A stretch of DNA of 64,000 nucleotides from an uncultured Candidatus Woesearchaeota archaeon (GCA_963717515.1 OY970338.1:1595593-1659592), one strand, 5' to 3'. Counted from the stretch's first letter, positions 28,382 to 37,751 are shown. A program made the numbers and translations. Notes: generated from the sequence alone by a model not told the origin.

Positions 28382-30038
28382 CTTTGCCCTCCAGGTGATG
28401 CTTGTATATGCTGCAGTGCCTGCATATCTCAATCTTGTCAAGGCAGGGTTCGCTCGAACCTTTCCTGCAGTGGGTCCCCATGTAGAGCCAGCATCTCTTG
28501 TCGGCGGACTGGTAAGCGGGGCATTTGACTTTCACGCAGTTCCTCTCTTCCCAGCATTTTGCAAGCTCCTCCTCTGTTATCGGGTGCTTGGGCAGGGCAA
28601 AGCTCACTGTCGTACCCTTGTGCAGCCTGCTCCTGACGCTGATGAGCCCGTAATGGAGACCGATTATCTCCTTGACAATCGCAAGTCCGAGGCCAGTCCC
28701 TCCCTGGTTCCTGGTGAGATGGCTCTCCACCTGGTAGAACTTGTTGAACAGGCTTGATATCTCCCTCTTGGGTATGCCTATGCCTGTGTCAGTGACGTCT
28801 ACCTGGATGTAGCCTGCCTTGTTTGTCGCCTTTATCGTGATCTTGCCGCCGGGCTTCGTGAATTTCGTCGAATTGGATATGAGGTTGTTGAACACCTGAA
28901 TGATCTTTGGCTTGTCGATAAGGATCTTCGGGAGGTTGGTTGGAATCAGCCTGCTGACAGTGATGCCTTTGTTCTTTGCGACTCCTATCATTATGCATTC
29001 ATCGACACATTCACTTATTTCTGTGAGCGTGAAGACTGTCTTTGCCCTGCCGGTCTCAAGCTTGGATAGGTCCAGGATGTCATTTATCAGGTCTGCAAGC
29101 CTGTCAGATTCCTTGTTGATTATGTCGACTGATTTCTTCTGCCGGTCATTGAGCGGTCCCATCTTGAAATCTGCAAGGAGCGCGGCATATCCCTTGATGC
29201 TGGTCAGGGGAGTCCTGAGCTCGTGCGAAACTGTGCTTACGAAATCTGACTTCATCTCATCAAGCTCCTTGAGCTTGGTTATGTCCTCTATGACGACGAC
29301 AGTGCCGATTATCATGTTGCTCTCATTCATCAGCGGCGCGATATTGGCCTTGAGGACCTTGTCAACTGGCCTAGAAGGCCTGAGTTCTCTTACCTTTGTC
29401 TCTGATCTTCTCACAGGAAGCATGTTGTCTTTTATCTCAGGGAATTCCTCGAAGAGTGTCTCCATCTTGTGGTTCTTCAGCAGATTCACGATATGCTTGC
29501 CGAGTAGCTTCGATTCGTCTCTTTCAAACAGCCTCTCGGCCGCAGGATTGAACAGGACTATCCTGTGGCTGTTGTCGGTCACGATGACGCTATCTGCCAT
29601 GCTGTCGATGATGAGCTCAGCCTTCTGCTTCTCCACAGAGGCGATGTCTGAATATCTTGTTCTCTCATCATGCGACCTCTTGAGGTTGGCTGTCATGCTG
29701 TTGAATGAATCCACGAGCCTTCCTATCTCGTCAGTGCTCTTCTTCCTTATCTTATGGTCGAGCCTTCCGTTTGCGACGAGCTGAGTCCCGATTATCAGCT
29801 CATCCACAGGACCTATCACATGCAGTGAGAAAAGGATGATTGCACCGAATGCAACAAGAAAAGTAGCGCTCATCATCGCGAGCGTCTGTCTCCAGACATT
29901 TTGGGATGCAGCAGGGTCGTCAGTAGTCTTATTGCTGTACCATCCTATGCTATAGCCGATAATCCCAGAAGTGACCAGGACTAGCAATATCGTAAAAAGT
30001 ATTATCTTAATCTTTATGCTTAGCCCCATTTTTACCAT
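28371..30038 (-). CDS. Sensor histidine kinase (2 TM, HAMP, PAS, HisKA, HATPase) with C-terminal 8-Cys domain
   Basis: DEIGRLVDSFNSM HAMP, SHELRTPL, GGTGLGL; tail CWEERNC..CPAY..CW..GTHC..C..CRHC. Confidence 0.9.
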   Translation of the reverse strand: MVKMGLSIKIKIILFTILLVLVTSGIIGYSIGWYSNKTTDDPAASQNVWRQTLAMMSATFLVAFGAIILFSLHVIGPVDELIIGTQLVANGRLDHKIRKKSTDEIGRLVDSFNSMTANLKRSHDERTRYSDIASVEKQKAELIIDSMADSVIVTDNSHRIVLFNPAAERLFERDESKLLGKHIVNLLKNHKMETLFEEFPEIKDNMLPVRRSETKVRELRPSRPVDKVLKANIAPLMNESNMIIGTVVVIEDITKLKELDEMKSDFVSTVSHELRTPLTSIKGYAALLADFKMGPLNDRQKKSVDIINKESDRLADLINDILDLSKLETGRAKTVFTLTEISECVDECIMIGVAKNKGITVSRLIPTNLPKILIDKPKIIQVFNNLISNSTKFTKPGGKITIKATNKAGYIQVDVTDTGIGIPKREISSLFNKFYQVESHLTRNQGGTGLGLAIVKEIIGLHYGLISVRSRLHKGTTVSFALPKHPITEEELAKCWEERNCVKVKCPAYQSADKRCWLYMGTHCRKGSSEPCLDKIEICRHCSIYKHHLEGKDEE

Positions 30039-30055
30039 GACAGAAAAATTCCCTG

Positions 30056-30226
30056 CTATGACTCGAACTTCCCCTTGACCTTGTACTTATCAGAGCTGAG
30101 TATGTCGCTGAATTCATCCTCTTTCGGGATTGTCTTGTCCTTTTTCCTGTATATGGTGTACGTCCTGTATAGCCAGATCATGAACAGCCCGATGGATATC
30201 GCATATAGTATCTCCGCCTCATTCAT
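30056..30226 (-). CDS. 56-aa single-TM protein inside the two-component operon
   Basis: Translated by hand: MNEAEILYAISIGLFMIWLYRTYTIYRKKDKTIPKEDEFSDILSSDKYKVKGKFES. ATGA overlap with the upstream gene; GGAGGT ribosome-binding site. Confidence 0.7.
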   Translation of the reverse strand: MNEAEILYAISIGLFMIWLYRTYTIYRKKDKTIPKEDEFSDILSSDKYKVKGKFES

Positions 30227-31254
30227 CCTTTTACCTCCAGATGTGACAGCACATCTTTCACTTTCAGTTTCTTCTTATGGATATCACCGCTTTTTATTGT
30301 CCTTACAGCCAGCTCAAGCCTGTCCTTTGCCTTGTCCTCCCCTGACAGGAAAGGTACCATCCTCTCGAATGCCTGCCTTACCTCTTCGGCAGCATTATCA
30401 TCCCCTGTGATCATGACAAAATCATCCTTGAGCGTATGGCCTATGAAAAATTCATCCGAGCCCTTGAACAGGTCGGATATCATCCTTGAGAATAGGATCA
30501 CAGCATTCTCTGCCTTCCTGTAGCCGTGCCTTTTGCTGTACTGCTCAAAGTTCATCATCCTGAGATTGGATACTGAAAACGGCATCCCTTCCTCCATCCA
30601 CCTGCCGAGGCTTTCCTTGATACCCTGGATTCCAGGAAATTTTGTAAGGGGGTGAGTGTCCAGGTCCTTGCCAGAACGCCTTACTACTGACTCCACGCGG
30701 GCCTCAAGCTCCATCGGGTCGAAAGGTTTTGTTATGTAATCGTCTGCACCTATCTGCAGCCCCCTCAGCTTGTCGTCTATCTCACCCTTTGCCGAAAGTA
30801 TTATGATAGGGATATGTCTCGTCAGGGCATTATCCTTGAGCTTCTGGCAGATCTCATAACCGTTTATGCCTGGCATCATCAGGTCGAGTATTATCAGGTC
30901 AGGCGATTCTGAATAGATCTTCTCAAGGGCGTCGATTCCGGAATAGGCCTTGAGGATGCTGAATTTTTCAGGTATCAGGCTCAGGGAGACAAGCTCGACG
31001 ATATGTGGCTCATCATCGACAATGAGTATCGTCGGTCTCTGGCTCTTCCTGTTAATGCTCCAGAGCTTGGCCTGGGCAACGTCCTCATAATCAATCATGT
31101 TATGGGCCTTCATAATCTCAAGGTATTTTGAGACAGTGACCCTGTTATGCCCTATCTTCTTCGCAATCTCGCTTGATGATGCACCTATCCTTGAGGTCTC
31201 CAGCATCTCTATTATCTTTGATTTTATCTCTGTGTTGAGGTTTTCCATTGTCAA
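30223..31254 (-). CDS. wHTH-REC-degenerate GGDEF response regulator
   Basis: N-terminal HTH (SSSEIAKKIGHNRVTVSKYL); REC (VDDEP, LDLMMP, KPF); HPLTKFPG...YG...HTLKDDF in place of GGD(E/D)F. Confidence 0.75.
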   Translation of the reverse strand: MTMENLNTEIKSKIIEMLETSRIGASSSEIAKKIGHNRVTVSKYLEIMKAHNMIDYEDVAQAKLWSINRKSQRPTILIVDDEPHIVELVSLSLIPEKFSILKAYSGIDALEKIYSESPDLIILDLMMPGINGYEICQKLKDNALTRHIPIIILSAKGEIDDKLRGLQIGADDYITKPFDPMELEARVESVVRRSGKDLDTHPLTKFPGIQGIKESLGRWMEEGMPFSVSNLRMMNFEQYSKRHGYRKAENAVILFSRMISDLFKGSDEFFIGHTLKDDFVMITGDDNAAEEVRQAFERMVPFLSGEDKAKDRLELAVRTIKSGDIHKKKLKVKDVLSHLEVKG

Positions 31255-31346
31255 GGACTATCATGTGTCATATATATAGTTTATGGTATTGCTTATCATA
31301 ACCAGCCAATAGAAATGCATAACAAAAAAAATGGAATACAAATGCC

Positions 31347-31514
31347 TTAGCTTGCCATGTTGTAGCCATTCATGAAGCCTGCATCCTCTGCGGACATATC
31401 ATCATCGTCTACCAAAGAATCGGCAACACTTTCAACATAGATGTCATCGTCCGAAACAAGGAAATAATCCTCCTCATAGTATGCATTCTTATCTTCTTCT
31501 TTGCTAATTTTCAT
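31347..31514 (-). CDS. Small highly acidic protein
   Basis: D/E-rich 55 aa, directly downstream of a REC gene. Confidence 0.55.
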   Translation of the reverse strand: MKISKEEDKNAYYEEDYFLVSDDDIYVESVADSLVDDDDMSAEDAGFMNGYNMAS

Positions 31515-31524
31515 CACCGCCTTC

Positions 31525-31944
31525 CTAGCTTGCTGAGCCAAGATTAAGCTTTATCCTTCTTTCAAGCTCCATCGGATCGAAGGGCTTTGTTATGTAATCA
31601 TCCGCACCCACGTCGATTGCATGCAGCTTGTCATTCATCTGCCCCTTTGCAGAAAGGATGATAATAGGGACATGCTTGGTCTTCGTGTTCTCCCTAAGTG
31701 CCTGGCAAAGCTCATACCCGTTGACACCTGGCATCATGATGTCGACGATAATCACATCAGGCAATTCGCTGTCGACAATCCTTAGGGCTTCCCTTGCGGA
31801 ATATGCGCCAGAGACCCTGTACCTGCTCTTGTCAAGGCTCAGCTTGACCAGGTTCACGATATGCGGCTCATCATCCACAATCAGGATGTTCTTTGTCTCT
31901 ACGACTGGTTCGACCATCACTTCCTTTTCCATCAAATCTTGCAT
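31525..31944 (-). CDS. Single-domain response regulator (REC)
   Basis: VDDEP, VDIMMP, LSAK, TKPF. Confidence 0.92.
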   Translation of the reverse strand: MQDLMEKEVMVEPVVETKNILIVDDEPHIVNLVKLSLDKSRYRVSGAYSAREALRIVDSELPDVIIVDIMMPGVNGYELCQALRENTKTKHVPIIILSAKGQMNDKLHAIDVGADDYITKPFDPMELERRIKLNLGSAS

Positions 31945-32073
31945 TTTTCCACCCCTGCTCGTTTAACTGATATACAGTTCTGCTAATCACAATGGTTAAA
32001 CTTATATATAAATCTTTTGTTTGTATATATCATAGAAGGTAAAATTTATAAAAGTAATTATCAAGAAGTGGAA

Positions 32074-33153
32074 TCAGACTTTCTCAATCACTATCCTGTT
32101 CTTGTCAGTCCTGATGATTATCTCATCATTCTCTGAAAACCTGGCAAGGTTAGTCGCTATCTCCGGAAGCAGTATCCTGTTTCCCCTGAGGTCGATGTTT
32201 GTAAGGATCTCCTTCTGCCCGTTGGCATCAGGGATACCAAGATCCTCCAGGATGTTCTCGCTCTTCACTTCGGTCCCGGATTCCTTCATCTCTCTGGTCT
32301 TCTTGAAGAGATATTTGGCTATATGGGTAGCGACATCGATGCCTGTCGCCTTCTTTATTCCCTGCAGGCCGGGAGAAAGGTTAAGCTCAATCACAATAGG
32401 TCCTTTGGGTCCATGGAGCAGGTCCACTCCGCAGATGTCAGCACCCATGGCCTTGGCAGCCTTGACAGCTATCCTCTTTGTGTGGGTGTCAAGCGTGACA
32501 GCCTCTCCTATCCCTCCTACATGGATGTTCGCCCTCTTCTCCCCATAGACAGCGATCCTCTGCATGGCGGCGACAACCTTGTCGCCGACGACAATCGCCC
32601 TGATGTCTGTCGAGCCTGTCTCAACATATTCCTGGATAATGAATGGCTGCTTAAGGGTCTGGAGCGCGTCAAGAAGAGACGATGCTGCGCCGAAAGAGTC
32701 AGCGAACATGACGCCCTTGCCCTGGGTCCCTTCCGGGAATTTCATGACAATGGGATAATTGAGCCTTTCAAGGAGCTTCTTTGCAGCTGCTGGCGTGGGT
32801 GTCAGATATGTCATGGGCATCGGGATGTCGCTCTGCTGAAGGACAAGATGGGTAAGGAGCTTGTTGTGCACAATGGTGAAAGCATTGTCCTTGATAGGCA
32901 TGTATGCATTCTCGCTCAGGTAGCTTGTCACAGCCCTGAGGAGCGCACCGTACCTGTAAGAGCCCTTTGCATAGACACAGTCATATCTTTTGAACGGCTT
33001 TCCCTCATATATCAGGTAGGCGTCCTTTTTTGCGCCGATGTTAATCTCGACCTTCCTTATGTCGAGGTTGTCGACTTTCTCAAAATGATTCTTCATAGCA
33101 TCCGCTGTCCATCTTGAGCTGACGCTTCCAAGGCTGATTATTGCTGCATTCAT
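32074..33153 (-). CDS. RimK-family ATP-grasp ligase with C-terminal extension
   Basis: KFPEGTQGKGV, IIQEYV, DIRAIVVG, RANIHVGG, GVDL, ELNLSPG. Confidence 0.9.
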   Translation of the reverse strand: MNAAIISLGSVSSRWTADAMKNHFEKVDNLDIRKVEINIGAKKDAYLIYEGKPFKRYDCVYAKGSYRYGALLRAVTSYLSENAYMPIKDNAFTIVHNKLLTHLVLQQSDIPMPMTYLTPTPAAAKKLLERLNYPIVMKFPEGTQGKGVMFADSFGAASSLLDALQTLKQPFIIQEYVETGSTDIRAIVVGDKVVAAMQRIAVYGEKRANIHVGGIGEAVTLDTHTKRIAVKAAKAMGADICGVDLLHGPKGPIVIELNLSPGLQGIKKATGIDVATHIAKYLFKKTREMKESGTEVKSENILEDLGIPDANGQKEILTNIDLRGNRILLPEIATNLARFSENDEIIIRTDKNRIVIEKV

Positions 33154-33497
33154 ATTGTCCTTTTCCCGGGGTCTATCATAAACCCCTTCTTGAGTATGTT
33201 CCTTCCGATCAGCACAGGGAACTTGAGATTACCCCTGTCTGCAAGGGTGAACCTTCCCTTGACCCTCCGTCCGGCAATGTCTATCTCAAGGTTGACGACA
33301 TGCCTTTCAGTCCTGCCCATGGCTGACTTGACTATGGTCTTGAGCCTCCCCGGCTTTATTCCGAGAGCCTCTGCGAATTTGACATCGATCGAATTTGATT
33401 TCGCCCCTGTGTCTATCCTGGCCTTCGAATCTGTGACAACATCCTTACCGTAGACAGTCACCTTCTCTGTCAGCCCCACAACTGTCCTTGTCTTCAT
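33150..33497 (-). CDS. RimK-associated retropepsin-like protease
   Basis: ARIDTGA, LADR, VLIGRN; coupled to the RimK-family gene. Confidence 0.85.
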   Translation of the reverse strand: MKTRTVVGLTEKVTVYGKDVVTDSKARIDTGAKSNSIDVKFAEALGIKPGRLKTIVKSAMGRTERHVVNLEIDIAGRRVKGRFTLADRGNLKFPVLIGRNILKKGFMIDPGKRTI

Positions 33498-33588
33498 ATC
33501 CCTCCGTTGAATAATGCTTCCTATTTAAAGTTATTGGATGCAGGTCCAGGACAAAAATTTATATATCAGTTTGTATACTAAATAGTAT

Positions 33589-33876
33589 ATGGATATGCGA
33601 AAACCTATGACAACCGCTGAAGTCAGGCTATTCAAGCAGGCTGTCATCAAGGAGTACCAGCTCAAGAATGAGAAGCATGTCAAGAGATCAGGATTCAATG
33701 ATTTCATCGACCAGCTCCGCTCGCTCATTCCGCTGAACATAATGCTGGGAATAATCTCAAGCATACTCCTCATAATGCTTACAGACTGGAAGACCCTGTT
33801 CGACCTGATACTATCAGGAGTTATCTGGATAACTATCATATCCACTGCGCTTTCTGCCCTTTCAAAAGTCCGGTGA
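33589..33876 (+). CDS. Hypothetical membrane protein
   Basis: Two C-terminal hydrophobic segments. Confidence 0.6.
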   Translation: MDMRKPMTTAEVRLFKQAVIKEYQLKNEKHVKRSGFNDFIDQLRSLIPLNIMLGIISSILLIMLTDWKTLFDLILSGVIWITIISTALSALSKVR

Positions 33877-33877
33877 A

Positions 33878-35440
33878 TCAGATCTTTGAGAATATCTCTG
33901 CTGCTCTTTCCCTGCCGATAGTGAGGACGAATCCAGCGAGCTTCGGGCCTTTCTTCTTTGCAATCAGGATTTGATAAGCTGTCTCGAAGAATTCAGCAGG
34001 CTCAAGACCTGACTCCTTTGCAATGTCATAGAATCTTGCAGTGAGCCCTTTTTCATCCCAGTCTTTTTCGAGCAGCTCTCCTGAGAGTTTCATGAACAAT
34101 GCTTTCATTTTTTTTGGGAGGTCCATCTTCCCAGGCATCCTTATGGTAAACCTGAAATCTTCCGGCGCATATCTCTCTAACCAGTTCCTCGCGCAACCTG
34201 CCCTCCTGAGCAGCCTCTGCTTATCCTGCTTTTTTTTCAGGCTGTAAAAGCTTGCTACCCTGTCCATATCGTAAGAATATGCAAGTATAACATTTGTGAG
34301 ATGGCGGAATGACGGCTGGAAAGGCATCTCACCAGGCACAATGCCTGTGCATGAGAGCTCATATATCCTCTTCAGCTTTGCAAGCTTCTTCTCACCTATA
34401 TCCTCTTTTCCGAAATATGCACGTTCAAGCCTGTCAAAATCCTCATAGAGCTTGATTACGTCGAGGTCGAATGAGATGGAGAACTCTGTGTTGGGCCTTG
34501 CACCAGCGAAAAGGAACCGCACTATCTCAGGCTCATACACCTCGAGCATCTCAGCAAGGGTTATAATGATACCTGCAGAGCTTGAGAACTGACCCCCTCC
34601 CTTGATGCCTATCCATTCAAAAGGGAATCCCACAGGGGGGTCCTCATTCCAGACAGTCTTGAGTATCTCCCTTCCTGACTGGACCGAGCCCCCGGCGGCA
34701 TAATGGTCCTTTCCTGCAGGCTCGCAGTCGACCTTCTCATGATGCCAGCGCATGGGCCAGTCCACCCTCCAGTTGAGCTTGATTATCCCCTTTTTCCTGA
34801 TGTCGAACTCATCAGAATGCCCGCATGAGCAGGAATATCTCACGATGTATCTGCCCTTGTATTCAATCTTCTCAATCGTGTCCTTATGGCACTCTTCACA
34901 GAAGATTGACACAGGCAGCCAGTCCTCGGCAAGCGGCTCTTTCCTGTACCTGTCAAGCACCTGCCTTATCTCACTTGCTTTCTGCAGGCAGAGGTCTATC
35001 TCCTCTGCATAATCGCAGTTCCTGTATCTCTCGCTCTGGCGAATGAATTCAGGGGATATGCCAACTTCCGGGAGGCTCTGCTCAAGTATCTTCTCATTGT
35101 GGTCTGCATACGAGCTGTGGCTGCAGCCTAATGTATCGGGCACCTCGGTGATGGGCATCCGAAGTTGTTTCTCGAGAAGCTCTTTCTCAGGCATGTTCTC
35201 AGGCACCTTGCGGAACACGTCAAAATCATCCCATGAATATATGAATCTTGCTTTCCTGCCCAGGCTCTCAAGGGCCCTTGCCACCAGCTCTGCTGTTATT
35301 ATCTCCCTGAAATTGCCGATATGAATCGTCCCTGATGGCGTGATGCCAGCAGCTACTGTATAGGTTTCCCTGTCACCTTTCTCTTTCAATATCCTCTGCG
35401 CTGCCTGGTCTGCCCAGTGCATGGTGTCTTCTTTTGCCAA
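33878..35440 (-). CDS. lysS: Class I lysyl-tRNA synthetase
   Basis: HWAD, GITPSGTIHIGNFRE, WRVDWPMRW, GKDH, GPKL. Confidence 0.96.
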   Translation of the reverse strand: MAKEDTMHWADQAAQRILKEKGDRETYTVAAGITPSGTIHIGNFREIITAELVARALESLGRKARFIYSWDDFDVFRKVPENMPEKELLEKQLRMPITEVPDTLGCSHSSYADHNEKILEQSLPEVGISPEFIRQSERYRNCDYAEEIDLCLQKASEIRQVLDRYRKEPLAEDWLPVSIFCEECHKDTIEKIEYKGRYIVRYSCSCGHSDEFDIRKKGIIKLNWRVDWPMRWHHEKVDCEPAGKDHYAAGGSVQSGREILKTVWNEDPPVGFPFEWIGIKGGGQFSSSAGIIITLAEMLEVYEPEIVRFLFAGARPNTEFSISFDLDVIKLYEDFDRLERAYFGKEDIGEKKLAKLKRIYELSCTGIVPGEMPFQPSFRHLTNVILAYSYDMDRVASFYSLKKKQDKQRLLRRAGCARNWLERYAPEDFRFTIRMPGKMDLPKKMKALFMKLSGELLEKDWDEKGLTARFYDIAKESGLEPAEFFETAYQILIAKKKGPKLAGFVLTIGRERAAEIFSKI

Positions 35441-35446
35441 TCTGAC

Positions 35447-35920
35447 CTACTTCTTGAGTTCGAGCATGTCGCCGATAGTGAGATTCGCCCCTTCTGCCCT
35501 GAACTTCCTGTCATGCTTTTCCTCGTGCTGTTCGACGAGCTTTATCCTGAGGTGGTTCTCAAGCTTCCTCGCGAGGCTTATCGACGGCATGAACTGGCCC
35601 TGCTCCATCTTCTGGATGAGCGAAGTCCTCTCTGCCATCTTCTTTGCAAGCTCTTCCTGCTTGAGCCCGAGCCTCTCCCTTGCATTCTTTATAATCTCTG
35701 GGAAATCCTCTGCAACAACCTGAACAAGCTCTGATGTCTGACGTTGCACCGGTGCTTTCTCCTGTCCTGTCATCAGTTTATCAGGGACATCTTCCTGCAC
35801 ACGGACTTCGCTTATCACCTTTCCGAATTTTGCGCAGCTCTTGCATATATTGAGCTCTGTCCCTTCAATATCAGTCCTGAAGAGCGGAGCTTCTGTCCCG
35901 CACATCTCACACATTCCCAT
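35447..35920 (-). CDS. Archaeal multiprotein bridging factor aMBF1
   Basis: CEMCG..CKSC zinc ribbon, Cro-like HTH and TIGD tail. Confidence 0.9.
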   Translation of the reverse strand: MGMCEMCGTEAPLFRTDIEGTELNICKSCAKFGKVISEVRVQEDVPDKLMTGQEKAPVQRQTSELVQVVAEDFPEIIKNARERLGLKQEELAKKMAERTSLIQKMEQGQFMPSISLARKLENHLRIKLVEQHEEKHDRKFRAEGANLTIGDMLELKK

Positions 35921-36096
35921 CAGACTCACCCCCTATGCTGCTGTTGTTATTGGAATGAGGTTTATATATTTTTCTGTGAGATAGTGGGCCTGTAATTTCA
36001 CTCATGCGACTCAAATTTCCTGTGCATGGATCTTTTAATCACCGTTGGATGATGATGAGGGTAGTATTTATATATCGTTTAAGATTACTCTGGGTC

Positions 36097-36756
36097 ATGA
36101 CTGTGGTCCGGGAATTCAGTTCATTGGAAGCTGCAATAATGGAATTTTATGGCAATATACCATTCATTCCGGAGGATTTTGAAGGATCAATATTCAATTC
36201 ATGTCATTCAATGCTTTATGATGGCGATGAAATGATCATCAAGACCTCTTCAGGCAGTAATTCCACAAATGCGCATGTCATTGCACTGGCCGGAGATATT
36301 CTGATGAACAGGGACAAGTATCACAGGGATTTTCCTGACATGTTCCTACCTATCGACCATATCTTCAGCTACGGCCCGTCAGGCAATACACTGGGAGTCA
36401 TACAGAAGAAGTTGAATCTGTTTGATGATATAAGGCATATTGAAACCAAAGATTCAAAAGCTTTTAGAAGAACCTTTGATTCCTATGTCCTGGACATGAT
36501 ACGCAACCTTGACAGGGTGTGGTCGTCTGGAAGATATATCCTACCGGATTTCCAGCTCAAGAACTTGGGGTATATCAAAGTTGACAATGATTTCAAGGTA
36601 TTTGGTTTTGATTATTATCCCACTATCAGCATGGGTTATTCTTACAGGATAAGGATGATGGTGGAAGGGGCAGCGGACATGGGGCTTTTCAGCAATGGTG
36701 ATATCATGCTGAAGAGATTTTCAGAATTCAGGGAGAAATACGGTTTCATGCACTGA
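36097..36756 (+). CDS. Hypothetical protein, possible protein-kinase-like fold
   Basis: IIK, VIQKKL, PDFQLKNLG (DxxxxN) and GFDY. Confidence 0.5.
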   Translation: MTVVREFSSLEAAIMEFYGNIPFIPEDFEGSIFNSCHSMLYDGDEMIIKTSSGSNSTNAHVIALAGDILMNRDKYHRDFPDMFLPIDHIFSYGPSGNTLGVIQKKLNLFDDIRHIETKDSKAFRRTFDSYVLDMIRNLDRVWSSGRYILPDFQLKNLGYIKVDNDFKVFGFDYYPTISMGYSYRIRMMVEGAADMGLFSNGDIMLKRFSEFREKYGFMH

Positions 36757-36757
36757 C

Positions 36758-37675
36758 TTATCCCAATACTGAAAACATCTGCTTAATGGCCTGAGTCGCA
36801 TAGCTGCCTTTTCCCAGCCTGAAACTTATCCTTACCTTCTTTTTGCCTGGGTTGAGCTCATCATCCTCAAGCCTTCCGAGCTCAAGGCCATTGACCTCTG
36901 CAAAGACTTCCCTTTCACCGCCCTCTGCGCTGAGCTCCGGAATCTGTCTTATGATGAAATCCCTCCTGGTGATGCCCTCTTTTTCCAGGATACTGTCCAC
37001 TTCTTCCGACCCTTCTGTGCTGAATCCTATCAATGGCAGCTTTTCCTCTTTTGAGTCCTTCGCCATCTCGTTCCATAGGTATGACTGGTATGAATGGATA
37101 TACAGGAGGAGGATCTTTTTCGGCAGGGTCTTGAGCGCTCCGATGCAGTCATTGGGATGCATGACCACATGCCCCTTGACCTTGTCTTCGTCAATCAGAT
37201 CACATGCTTTTCTGAAATCCTTCATGACGATCGCTTTTCCGATGATGTGATTGTTTTTCTTATTCCCGAATCTCTGGTCATCAAAGAGATTCCTCATCCT
37301 CCTGATCGGTTCCGGCCTCTTATCGATGTTCCGTATGATGATCTCGAATTCATTGCCATCCAATGTGCCCAGGTTCAGCCTCTGGCTTCCCTTACCCAGG
37401 AATTTCAGGCTGATGCCCTCAATCTCAAGGTCCTTTCCAGGGCCTCTTGATATGGAGATGTGCTGCTCGGTCACTGCTGACCTGTCCTTGGTGCCTGCGA
37501 AATTGATGTATCTCGGGCTGACCTTGAACTTTTTTGCAATCCTGTCCACTGCATCGATCGTGTTTAAGCCTTTCTTTTTCAGAAGGTAATAGCTGTACCT
37601 GCCATTTTGCTCGAATTCAAGGCGCATCATCTCCCTGACCAGGAAATCTTCAGGCAGCTGCTTGATCTTGTACAT
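36758..37675 (-). CDS. truD: tRNA pseudouridine(13) synthase, compact form
   Basis: KQLPEDFLVRE, AGTKDRSAVTEQ, GNEF, QRFG, GSYAT. Confidence 0.93.
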   Translation of the reverse strand: MYKIKQLPEDFLVREMMRLEFEQNGRYSYYLLKKKGLNTIDAVDRIAKKFKVSPRYINFAGTKDRSAVTEQHISISRGPGKDLEIEGISLKFLGKGSQRLNLGTLDGNEFEIIIRNIDKRPEPIRRMRNLFDDQRFGNKKNNHIIGKAIVMKDFRKACDLIDEDKVKGHVVMHPNDCIGALKTLPKKILLLYIHSYQSYLWNEMAKDSKEEKLPLIGFSTEGSEEVDSILEKEGITRRDFIIRQIPELSAEGGEREVFAEVNGLELGRLEDDELNPGKKKVRISFRLGKGSYATQAIKQMFSVLG

Positions 37676-37712
37676 GGATAAGGGGTTCGGCAGGGATTAT
37701 ATTAAGATTTCC

Positions 37713-37726
37713 AAAAAACTTAAAAA
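37713..37726 (+). promoter_or_regulatory. Probable BRE/TATA promoter of the tRNA gene
   Basis: A-rich run followed by TTAAAAA about 26-32 nt upstream of tRNA position 1. Confidence 0.5.
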
Positions 37727-37751
37727 CCGCGTCAAAATCCAGTGTATATAA

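Noticed and set aside
21997..36044. Shared 12-mer TTTAATCACCGT in two intergenic regions (~21997 and ~36033)
   Set aside because: Only two copies, containing a reverse Shine-Dalgarno-like core with no convincing ORF; chance cannot be excluded.
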